A DNA stretch of 49,123 nt, filler included, from Streblomastix strix (taxonomy: Eukaryota), in the NCBI GenBank assembly GCA_008636045.1. It is 2 parts of 2 records of this genome, joined end to end, with 100 filler letters (N's around TTAATTAATTAA, not from the genome) between each part and the next. Parts side by side here need not be neighbours in the genome. Positions count along the whole stretch, not along the records: positions 24,613 to 49,123 come from SNRW01000230.1; 1 more part is not named here. One strand, given 5' to 3'. Positions 38,543-49,123 of the stretch are shown here, one piece after another. A model generated the notes under the pieces. It saw only the letters and a program-made list of their open reading frames with translations, made no database searches and was not told where the DNA came from. Both the position numbers and the translations under genes were made by a program. The stretch's first letter is position 1, and each line of letters starts with the position of its first letter.

Positions 38543-40475
38543 ATGCAAAGAAATAATCCAATTCATTCTTAATAACAGATCCGAGCAGTCCGTTAATTAA
38601 TCACTAACGATATAGCTTACTATATCCAGTTTTCGAAACGTGGAGGAAATTCAGCGGGTGGAATGCTATAAAATGAAGATTATTAACTGTTTATAGATAA
38701 CGATAACGCTTTAGTTTATGCGGCCAATAATTAAATCATTGACGGCCAAGCTTCAGATTTTGCATTAAAAATAGCCGCTGATGGTTTGCTTACGGTAAAG
38801 GATTTAAAGGTTCTAAATTATGATTTCGTCGCATAAATTAACCAATTAATTAATGAAGTAAATTAATTATAATCTACTGTCGGCTCTATTGATTCTGATA
38901 TTGTTGGGGTAAAAAATGAGCTGCTGATCATTCAGTAAGAGCTTGCACGATTGCAGCATTTTAGGAGATATTATTTATTGAACACGGATATTTAAAATTT
39001 ATCAAATTCCGCTATATGGAGATTTTGCATTCAGTGTCGAAAGTGGCACCGTATGGATGTATGACACATCATGGTATAATAGCGGCAAAGTTGTCCCTGA
39101 TTAGGTAACGCCTGCTAGTGATGCGGTGCCATTAGCGGATAGTGGCGCAGGTGTTGCTGGCATTAGCGCAGAATACGCTAGAGGGGACCATCGGCACCCC
39201 CTTAATGTCAGCGAATAAATACCTTCTAGAGATACAGGCACAAGAGCAGCGGGAACTTCAACGGCATACTCTAGAGCCGACCACTAGCACATTTTGAACA
39301 CAGATCCCACTGTCGCAAATATGCCGCAAAAAGATACGGGATCAGGAAACAATGGAAATTTAGATTATTATGCTAGGTCAAATCATGCTCATCCTCTTAA
39401 TGTTGATCCAACTGTGGCAAATGTTCTATTGGTAAATGCTACTGCAGCCGCTAATGGAACGAGTGATTTTTATAGTAGAAATGACTATGTGCACCCTTAA
39501 TAATTGACATATGACGGAAACATTACTGCGACTAAATTTATTAAGACTGGCGGATTGGCTGCTGAGGTGCTATGTGTAAATGAAGATACAATAAACGGAG
39601 TGGTTGATTTAGCTACTGATTAAACCATTACAGGTATAAAAACATTTGGCTAAATTTAAGCTTAATCATTCAAAAAAATAAATGGGACAAATCAATAAAT
39701 ATTATTAGCGGATGGAACAACAAAATCAATAGTTTATGCTACTTGGTATAAATACATATCAACACCTTAATAATACGTTAAACTATGAGCTCTCAACCCA
39801 TTTTTTGAGAATAACTGTATGTCTGTTGAATTTAGAGTGCGTCGTAGGAGTGGTTTTGGATTATTATAATTTCATCAAACAACTAGCACTGCAGGATTAT
39901 GCAGTTTTTATTATCATTTTTAGCCTAATTTTTAGAGTTGTATGTAATAAGCATAAACCTTATATTATGGTGATGGAAAAACAAAAACATGTGAATTATG
40001 GATACAATTAACATCATGGAGTAATAGAATACATATAGATTATATTAAAAGCGGAACAGTGACCGCATCTATTACTAATATATTAACTTCATCTTCAGTT
40101 GAAAATTTACCTACAGATTATGCATTAATGTTCTAACTAACTACAAATCTATAATTTAATCATCAAACGATTAATAATGCCCCATTAATGCAAAATGGCA
40201 ATATTCATATAAATACTATATCTTCTGCTTATGATGATGGATTGAGAATTGGAAGACCTAACAGTAATGGGCTAAGTTCAATATATTTATGCTGTTCATC
40301 AAGCGCTGTAGGAGAAATATCTGGATAATGGTCAATTTGTTCTCCAAATGAGGGATTTTAATAGAATACATTAAGTTTAACAATATAGTTGTGCGCTGAA
40401 GTATCTACACCTAATAGAGGCATATAAATATCCGCTGATGGAAACACACTAACATTTAACGGAAGAGTTTTATGA
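38543..40475 (+). pseudogene. Phage-tail-fibre-like protein (~640 aa), with one frameshift (~39015) and one in-frame TGA (~39786)
   Basis: Coiled coil; four repeats YARGDHRHP / YSRADHQHI / YARSNHAHP / YSRNDYVHP; ATKFIKTGG, TDQTITGIKTF, QILLADG; beta-rich C-terminal head. Confidence 0.75.
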
Positions 40476-40951
40476 TTATTTTATTTTTGTGTTATATAAA
40501 TAATAAATCGACAAACCAATTAAGCAACTTTTTTAATGAACTTGTTAAATGCCACTTTGAAAATGAGGATACAATAAGGGTAGCCATTGATGCCCTAAAT
40601 AATTTGTTAGTCAAAGAAGGCAATGAGCGACGCCATCCACTTTTGAAAGAATTACAGAGGATAAATAAATAATTTCTAAATTTATAAAATAAATTGTAAA
40701 GCATAAAATAATTTATCGATGATGAAGAATATAAAAATAAATTATTTAACGAACAGGGGAAGTATTTTAAAAATAAATATAATTAAATTAAAAAGCAATT
40801 GGATTAAAATAATCAGCACCTATAAATAAAAAAATATATAATTTCCGTAGCTAATGATACGGAGAAATAAATATATACTGACTTTATAAATGATGCATAA
40901 AATAGTAGCTTGATCAATTATTATTCTCTGGCTCCTGTGGGTCTGGGTTGA
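40472..40951 (+). CDS. Hypothetical coiled-coil protein; start uncertain
   Basis: Track ORF extends to TGA 40949-40951 under code 6. Confidence 0.55.
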
Positions 40952-41004
40952 TGTTAGCCCGAGTCTTTAGACGGCCCCCTTGCGGGGACTGGCGAGCATT
41001 TGCT

Positions 41005-41253
41005 TCAAAATTCATCATCATATTCAAATAGTGAAAATAATTAATGACATTAATTGTTTTTTTCTGATAATTATTCGGTGAATGTATAATGTTCTTTGAA
41101 TTTTTGATATTCTTATTTTTCCTCTGTATTTAAAGTATTATTTTCTATTAATGTTTCAAATATATTAAATATCACGTAATCCGTTGCGTTATATTCTAGG
41201 CCGATGTTTGTTGCCAATTAATATATTTATTCAAATTCTTTTAATGATGACAA
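41005..41253 (-). CDS. Hypothetical acidic protein (start codon reads TTG, possibly mutated)
   Basis: 82 open codons SSLKEFEQIYQLATNIG..FEYDDEF*; element-type T-rich upstream context. Confidence 0.45.
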
Positions 41254-41280
41254 TTATATAAAAATAAAAATAAATATTTT

Positions 41281-41658
41281 TCATATCCCACATTATTATT
41301 ATTCTGTTTTGATTTCATTAACATAGCCATTGATTGCTTCGTTTATGGCCTTCTTCTTTTGATTCGATTATATGATTTGTTTTATGCTTATTTTCTATTC
41401 ATTATTATTTATGTCATTAACGAATATATATTTTTCGTTATATTTTCCATATTATTTTAATTTTCTATAAAATGTATATTCGCTATTTTTAGCTTTGGTT
41501 AATTAATAGAATTGTAAGTTCCATAAACGGAGTTCATTAAATTATTTGCCGTTGATTTACTCTATTAGTTGTCCATCTTTCTTTACTTGGTCTTTGCTAA
41601 GGTAGAATTCCAGTTTCTTAAATTGATTAACCGAATGGTAGAGCGAAGTGGAACTCAT
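41281..41658 (-). CDS. Hypothetical protein (125 aa)
   Basis: Open frame MSSTSLYHSVNQFKKLEFYLSK..CGI* under code 6; TATAAAATG context. Confidence 0.6.
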
Positions 41659-42083
41659 TTTATATCATATAAAAAAATAAAAATAAAAAATTTCAAACTT
41701 ATTATTTTTCAGTCAGGGATAAATTCAGCATCTTCAAATTTAAAATATATCGCCAGTGTTGGGCTAATTCAAAATATTTATTTGCTATTGCTTCGTTCAG
41801 AAATGCTTCAGTTTATTACTCAGTTAATTTATTCCAATGAATAATATTTTGATTTTTTCCCATTTTTCTTCTATAAAAAAATTATATTATATAAATTGTA
41901 ATATTCAGTGGAACCAATACTATATCCAAATACCCCCTTAATTATTTGATTAATTTAACTGTGTCGGTTAAATTATCATGTATCGATACAGACAATATAG
42001 ATATAATAAAATTGAAGCCATAAAATATATAGTTCATGCAGGACATAATCAAATTCAAAATGTTCATTTTTTACACTGTAAAA

Positions 42084-43100
42084 ATGACACTTTCAGATTT
42101 ACAAAATATATAATTTGCGAACTAAGATTTATTGAACGAATATAAAACGCGGCCAATTACAAAAAATTCGTTGTTCCTCGTCAATGGAAACCATTATATT
42201 GTTGGAGCTGTTGGCTCAGGTAAAACAACGCTTATGTCCAAGCTGATTGTTATGTATAAAAAAATTATTGACTCCTATATTATTTATTTCTCTAATTTTG
42301 GAGCTGATGAAACAATGGCCTTAAATTTAAATAGTAATGGAATATAAATAGTGAATATAACATATGGCGAGGCAATGATTTTTTTGCCTGAGTATGACGA
42401 GGTAAAATATAGCACTAAAGAAGTATATACTTATTACAAGCTACAGGAATAAAATTTTGACTACTATAGCGATTTTTTTAAGCGAATGAATGAAAAATTA
42501 ATAGAAGCAAATCTAATAAAAAGGGATGAAAAACGATTAGTGTATGTCGATCGAATTAATGAATTATTTTAATCTACAATAATAGAGACCATAAATAAAT
42601 ATTAATAACCTTTTGAAATCTTGCGGTTCAAAGTTCTCCCCATTATTTAAAATGTTAGCTATTAAAAAAAAATGAAAGATATAGACGATAAATAAACAGC
42701 AGATATAAAAATATTAAAAATTCCTATCCTAAAAGATGCTCAGCTATTGAATACTTTCATGCTATTTGATGACATAGGATCCAATGCAGATATTCAACGT
42801 TTTTCGTCTTCATAATCTAAGACCATCACCCATTTAGTTAGTGATTCACGCAATAGTAAAAATACAATATTTTTTATAGTTTAACGACTCAGTTATTTAT
42901 TTAAGACAGCGCGGGTACTTTCTCATGTTATAGTAATTGGAGTTAGTTTAGGCGAAAGTGATTTAAAATAAGTGTATGAGGAGAATAGCATATAAGGCTT
43001 AGACTTCGACGAATTTTTATTATAATATGGAACATTAAATAAATATGAGTTTACGGTTTTAAACATGTGGCTCGGAAAATTCGAGATACTGAGAAATTGA
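42084..43100 (+). CDS. A32/FtsK-HerA family virion packaging ATPase (338 aa, intact)
   Basis: Walker A YIVGAVGSGKTT, Walker B FMLFDD, DSRNSKNTIFFIVQ, KTAR; a single frame to TGA 43100. Confidence 0.9.
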
Positions 43101-43150
43101 AAATAAATAAACTTTATTTTTATATTTTTCATTTTTTTATTTTATATAAA

Positions 43151-43960
43151 ATGGAACAAGTCAATACTACCGCCAAAATCTCAAAGAACAACATTCGATT
43201 TAATGAAGGCTCAAATAATGGTTTAAACTTATTGATTAAGACTGATGATCATTATATAAATACCACGATATTTTATGAGTAATATAATAGGCGCTTTAGA
43301 AAATTAATTGGAAGAGAACATTGGAAAGAATATGTAAAAGCAGAAACTATAGAATTTGAGTCCGCACCAAAAGAACGTAACCGGTTAATGTATCAAATCA
43401 ATAAAATATTTGATAATGCTTATAAAGGTTATTATATCAGCCCTATCCTTATTAACTATGTGGAAACGTGGATAAGCCCAAAATATGCTGGGTACGTTTC
43501 GTAAGATAATGGATTCAATTAATGAACGAGTATAAGTAACATATGATGAAACGTCAAGCATATATGCATATGCAGAGGATACTATTAATATGTTTATTTA
43601 AGAATTATTAATATAAAATTAATAGCTTTAATTTGAAAAAAATAATTATAAAATCGAGTTATTTCATAGGATAAAGAAAACGATTTTATTTTAGCCTTAT
43701 AATTAATCGAAGAGAAAGAGGATATAATAATATACAAATTTCATCGAAAGCATAAAAATAACTTTAAAGAAAATAAAAGCTATATTTAAATTTATGATAA
43801 TTTACCCGTGGCCGTTAGTGGAAACCATGAAATAATAAAATAAATTAGGGCTAGCTTTTAAAATATATCAATTCATTATATTACGAAGGAAGTTCAAAAA
43901 TCAGAAAATGAAAAGTTTTTAAATCAACTGGACGACCTAGTCAATGCTTTATATAAATGA
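43151..43960 (+). pseudogene. KilA-N domain protein, frameshifted near 43500
   Basis: LLIKTDDHYINTT..W..Y..KGYYISPILINYVETWISPKYAGYVS/KIMDSINE. Confidence 0.85.
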
Positions 43961-43989
43961 ACAACATTAATATATTTTTGGAGGGGGTC

Positions 43990-44005
43990 GGCTGGAAAAC
44001 CAGCC
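43990..44005. terminator. GC hairpin between convergent KilA-N and pPolB genes (putative 3'-end signal)
   Basis: GGCTGG-AAAA-CCAGCC in a GC island within AT-rich DNA; function is inferred. Confidence 0.4.
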
Positions 44006-44070
44006 AACGGCTATAAAGACAAAAATATCCGCACTTTTGAGCACGAGCTTTTTAGCACGGGCCAATTTAT

Positions 44071-47000
44071 TCAATCAATTATATAATCATTAGCATTTAA
44101 GCCGAATATATAAGGGCAACAGCTTTAATCTTTTAGCACTACCATTTTTGTATGTATGCCAGTGATTCCATTTTTTTCTGTAGCTATTTTTGACATAATA
44201 TAATTCTTTTGGCCTAGTCTAATATTAGTCGCTTTTGTTATCGTTCCACTATTAATATTATCCACTATGTTTTATTTACTTATTTTTGTTGTCTTCTAAT
44301 TGACACCTTTCAATTTTATTTTTTCTTTCTCTCCAACTTTTATATAATAATTCTTAGGGGCTAATGCAATCATTTCTGTTCCTTCGTTTTTGATAGCTAA
44401 ATCTTATATTTTTTCTTCATCTAATAAATCATTTTCTAATGTCGGGAAGAAATATTTTGCATTTTCATCATAAAATTATTTATCTTTAATTATGTAGTTA
44501 AATTATTATAAATGTCCCACGCTGGCATCTCCTGATACAGCCCAATAAGTCGAATCAATATCACCCTCCACGAAATGGAGTTTCGACATGTCTTAACATT
44601 TATACATAAAATTATATATAAAATTTAGATACCAGAATTTGGAATTATCCAATACAAAATACGCTTCTCAAATGGGTGTCTTACATGTGCATGTCTCAGG
44701 GTCCATTTATACCGCGTAAGCATTATCAGATAATTATTGCTCATCCATAATAGTATTCGATAAATGAGACTTTAACGCTCCCTTTTTATCTAGTATTTTT
44801 ATATCCGTATATTTCTCGGTATTCTTTCCATCAGATCCTTATGATGAGTTCATCGTGATTTTACAAAATTATTCTAGTCCTTTATTTCCTTCTATTTTTG
44901 CCTATATTCGCTTGCTTATAAATTCCTTGACGAACGGATTAAATCCTTCATGTATATTAAATAAAATTAATTGTTTTACATCATCAATAATAAAATGGCA
45001 GTCATCTATTAGGAAACATAAATAGTAAGAGCTTAACGACATAAATTCGCCCATAGATGATAATAGATTTGTTAATTTTCTTTATTTTTGGTCTGTTTTA
45101 ATGTTGTTATTTTTCATTTGATTATACATATATGATCCAATCGTATCCCTGTTAGTGGTAAATGTATAATTTCTTAAAATAGGTGGGAAATTAATAAATT
45201 AATTAATATATTTTTCGTCGATGTGCCCCTTTAATTCAACTATAAATAACTAATCGTGGCCCCTTATTATATCCATTATCTTTTATTTATCATCAAATCG
45301 CCCAATGATGGAGCCTGCCATATACATTTTGCCACCTGTATATTTTGTAAATTTATGCTGCTCTGATGACATAACACTGGGATATAAAGAATTGAAATCA
45401 ACACCTACAATATGAGAAATTATATTGGATGATGTTTGAACATGAACTTTCTTATTCACGGGGTCATAAAAGAATTATTTTTTTGTGTCTTTTCCTGCTA
45501 TATTTTCCCTATGCATAACATTAGATAATCCGCCAGTTATTCCATTACAATTCAGTTTATAATCTTTTATATTTGTTAAATAAGTAGGGAGACAGTTCAA
45601 TATGCAAAATCTGCGAAGTTAAATAAATAATCGGCATATATTTTTATCTTTATTTGAACAGTATTTATTGCAATATAAACAGCACGGTTATACATTATCT
45701 TTTGTATGCGGTATACTATTATTGATTCGATCGAGTGTTGGCTTATTATTCACTATAAATTTATCACCACAAATAGCACAAACTGAGGATTCGAGTTACT
45801 GCTTAAAATATTCGAAGTCATTGATGGAAATATTATTCGAATAATCACGCTTTTGAATTTGGTCTTGAAATCTATAACCTTCTACTTTATACTTCCAATA
45901 ACTAGGATATAATACGAACTTATAAGAGTTGTCAATTATGGAGGGATAATTAGCATTTATATCAAAATCCTTATAACAAAATGCATATTTGGTGGCGTTT
46001 GCACATGCTGCCATTGGCATAAAGCTAATCATATCAATTTTATACTCCAGATTCATTTATGTTAAATTATCTATTGGGGCTATCATTATTTTTGTATCCT
46101 GTTCATTATAATATTAAAAATATTCCCATCTATTTTTAAATTCTTTTGCATCCTCTAAATAAATTTTATATTCGTCATCGCTCATTGATGAGTTCCTTAG
46201 TGTTGAATTGAATACTTCGATGGGGAATGGTTCCCTGTTATTGAGGACATCATTAAAATTATCAGTATTAATATATTCATATGGAAATACGCCCTTTTCA
46301 TTACCTTCAATTGAACCACCAAAATTTTTTGCAAAATCTTTCAATGTCATCGGTTGAACATAGACCATAATTTCACAGAATTTCAATTTGATTTATGAAT
46401 GCTTATGTTAATCAATAATTGATTTAGCTTATGACGAACTGCCAATATAGCTCTTTATTTCCCAGTCTAATTATTATAGATTTTTAAATATCAATGCAAA
46501 ATCGAACTTCGCACTATTGAATCCAACGTTGGGAACTTCTACGTCATTTGGAATATGCGAGTCTTCATAAAGATTATCAATTTATATTTAATCCGCTTCT
46601 TTGAATATTTATTTGAGCCATTAATTAATAAAATCGTCGCCATTTCTCAAATCAAAATAAATCGTTTTTATACATTATTTATTCTTAATTCTCAAGGATA
46701 CAGAAAGGGGCACCAATTATGAAATCTATTTGTTTGAATTGCCAAAATCTTTATTAATTACTTTCTCCACTGTTTCAAAATCATAGGTGATATAGTAGTT
46801 CGTGGGTTTAAATTCATTTTCTCGATTATTTGCTAATAAATAAGCGTATGTTTTGTTCTGCATTATATGCGGGCAAAATGGCCTTTGAACTGCCTCTAAT
46901 TTTACCTACTTTATTATTTTTCCTTCGTTAATTTCACATTTTTTGATGTGCTTCTCGTAATTTCTTTCAAATTGAGAATGATGCGGATCGAAAGCTCTAG

Positions 47001-48371
47001 ACTTGCAGACCGGGCAAAATTTCAATCCTATTAATGATTCTTTATTAGAGATATAAAAGGCATGCGTTTCATTTTCTGAGGAGCATATTAATACGTTAAA
47101 TTCGGGCACGCTGACGGGTTCGTTATCGGATTCGTTGCTGGATTCTTCTGTGGCTTCTTCGTTATATTTATATGCTTTTGATTGATAATATATTTTTTGC
47201 TCAGTATCATAATCATAAATATTTATATTAATTTTCTCGTCTTAAATAAACTTATCAATCTCGCTGTCAATATCAAATCCTTTATAATTTTAAAGCCAAT
47301 TTTATAATTATTTTTCTGAAATGTTATAATATTTCATCATGTGCTCCTTTGCCATATGCTCGCGTGAATGTTCTCTAATTCTTTTATCACTAGTATCTGG
47401 ATATTTAAATAAATTATATGCATAGAACTAGCATATATTATATTTGCATCTTGTCGTTCTCAAACAATTCTTATGTCCTTATAAATGAAAGTCTATTAAT
47501 TCTTTTATTCTACTGCCTACGCGAAACTGTGGAAGGGCAAACGTTTTAATCATCATCGAATAAATGGCAATAAATCGCTGTTTTGTGCTATCTAAATTAA
47601 AGTTCTACATCTCTATAATTTCTGATTTAACATACTCCTTACATTCTTCGATATCTTAGTCAGTGATTATAGATTTGGGGATATGATTTTATGTTCTTGC
47701 TTCTAGTGGCAAAATATAATCGTATGACACCGTAAGATGCCCATTTTTGTCTGTATTTTGCTCTTCATAAATTACTCCAAAATCAAATGTAATTTTAAAC
47801 GGTTTATGATTCTGTTTTTCATATACCGATTCAATAAATTTATTTATCTCTTCTAAGGAATAAATCAAATTATTATAGTATGTACTGTTTATCTCTCCCT
47901 CAATGTCTTTCTAAAATTGATACCCCTACCGTGCTCTATCAGCTATATCAATAAATTTATCCATATCTGCAGGTTGAAAATAATGCAAAGTATCAAAGAA
48001 ATCGTTTCATATTTCAATGACTTATTCATTGCCATATTTATTAATTTTGTCGCTAATTTCTTCATTCTATATCATATCAATATAAAGCTATGGTAATTGA
48101 AAGCGTTTTTCGTTTCTTAAAAGTTCTGGGGCTTAGTAAATTGTTTATTCTCATTTAAAAAATGCCTTTGGATTTCTTGCTCTTGTTCAATTCGTTTATT
48201 TTATGCATCAATGAATTTATATAGATTATTAAAATTATTCCTTCCACGTTAGGGAAAATTAAATTCGTTTAGTTTTTGGTCAAGCAATTATTTTAGTTCA
48301 TTTCTTTTTAATTTGCTTTTTTCGTTTGAACCTAACAATTTGATGATTTCACTTTTCTTTAAATATGGCAT
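44071..48371 (-). pseudogene. Protein-primed DNA polymerase B (element C), ~1430 codons, with few lesions
   Basis: YDFET, GFNSAKFD, GVDFNSLYPS, KITMNSSQG (Y>Q), EGDIDS (T>I), PKNYY. In-frame TGA at 48007 and a frameshift near 48095. Confidence 0.93.
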
Positions 48372-48441
48372 ATTTATTATAAATTAAAAAAATAGAAAAT
48401 AATAAATAAATTTAGTTAGGATAAAATAAATATAAATTAAA

Positions 48442-48759
48442 TCAATCAGTTATAAATTCTTTGTTTATTATATCAAATTAATCTTTCAATTCTGGATATG
48501 CTTGATATAAAATGTCGATGATTTCTTTATTTTAGTATAACCTCTTTTTATATATATTTATTTAATTTTATGCTTCATCAATAATTTCTTTGATGAGAAT
48601 CTCAATGGTATAATTATTAAACCAACAGCCTTTAGTTTTTTTAGAATATTATTGGGGATGAATTATTTAATCTTTATATTGGTTTATCATTTTGATACAA
48701 AACGCGTATTCTATTGCCGCCATTTAATAGTAACCGATTTTTTTATTTAATTTGTCCAT
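48442..48759 (-). CDS. Hypothetical protein (105 aa, MDKLNKKIGYYQ...)
   Basis: Open frame ATG to TGA; the first ~42 codons are nearly identical to 33785-33910. Confidence 0.65.
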
Positions 48760-48784
48760 TTATAATAAATAAAAATAATTTATT

Positions 48785-49123
48785 TCATTAAAATTAAATT
48801 TTTAGTAGTAAATTATTATAAATGTCTCCGAATTATGTTGGTATCTTACGGCCAAAGTTATCACATAATGTAAATACTACTGCTTTATTCTAGCCAATAA
48901 AACACTCTTAAGACATCATATTTTAACCCCATAAAACAGGGGCATCTACCAAGTTCTATTTAAAGCAAACATTATTAAACCCATTACCCCCGACTATCTC
49001 CATCGTTATACCCTTTAATTAATTATTTACGCATATAATTAATATTTATGGATATTCAATAAAATTACCTATAAATGGGCAAAATATCAGTATATCAGGA
49101 ATCAAACTATTAGCTTAAAATTT
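48785..49123 (-). CDS. C-terminal part of putative minor capsid protein (element C), partial at the window end
   Basis: Nearly identical to 33936-34274. Confidence 0.65.

Larger units (their letters stand above)
28808..49123 (-). mobile_element. Tandem Polinton/Maverick-like elements B and C (endogenous virus), continuing beyond the window
   Basis: Two pPolB genes, packaging ATPase, two putative minor capsid genes, integrase remnant. Homologous positions are 14,849 bp apart (33910/48759; 33936/48785). Confidence 0.9.

Noticed and set aside
39100..39500. Repeats as a CRISPR array or DGR template/variable pair
   Set aside because: They are in-frame protein repeats with diverged codons. There are no constant DNA repeats or adenine-specific differences, and the RTs present are DIRS-type.
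41700..42067. Possible small hydrophobic minus-strand ORF(s)
   Set aside because: Frame and stop are ambiguous, and no homolog lies within the window.
444..43132. Many hydrophobic ORFs in the track (e.g. 444-677, 17588-17824, 21975-22202, 33298-33672, 37641-37829)
   Set aside because: Antisense or off-frame shadows of A-rich code-6 genes, or AT-rich noise.
48007..48009. TGA reassigned to Trp
   Set aside because: TGA ends the intact ORFs. In-frame TGAs fall at varied residues (Trp, Arg, Gly, Ser positions) in genes with other lesions, consistent with decay.

Overview
AT-rich eukaryotic DNA that reads with a reassigned genetic code (TAA/TAG = Gln, TGA = only stop). The supplied standard-code ORF track therefore shows only fragments, and all translations here are manual under code 6. 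A protist host such as the oxymonad Streblomastix is plausible, but this is inference only. An artificial N/TTAATTAATTAA spacer at 24513-24612 joins two contigs that need not be adjacent. The left contig is mostly decayed DIRS1-type tyrosine-recombinase retrotransposons. One copy (5926-11163) is structurally complete with ITRs and an internal complementary region; three others are truncated or deleted. It also holds a Sola-like DDD transposase relic, an HMG-box exon and a surface-protein pseudogene. The right contig is almost entirely endogenous Polinton/Maverick-like virus DNA from three related genomes (A, B, C). Together they carry three protein-primed PolB genes, an rve integrase, an intact A32-like packaging ATPase, putative minor capsid genes, KilA-N and NUMOD4-HNH genes and a conserved block of unknown genes. 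They also carry a phage-tail-fibre-like gene with HxH repeats and a 68-aa amphipathic protein resembling membrane-lytic adenovirus pVI. No major capsid protein, protease or Polinton TIR could be identified with confidence.
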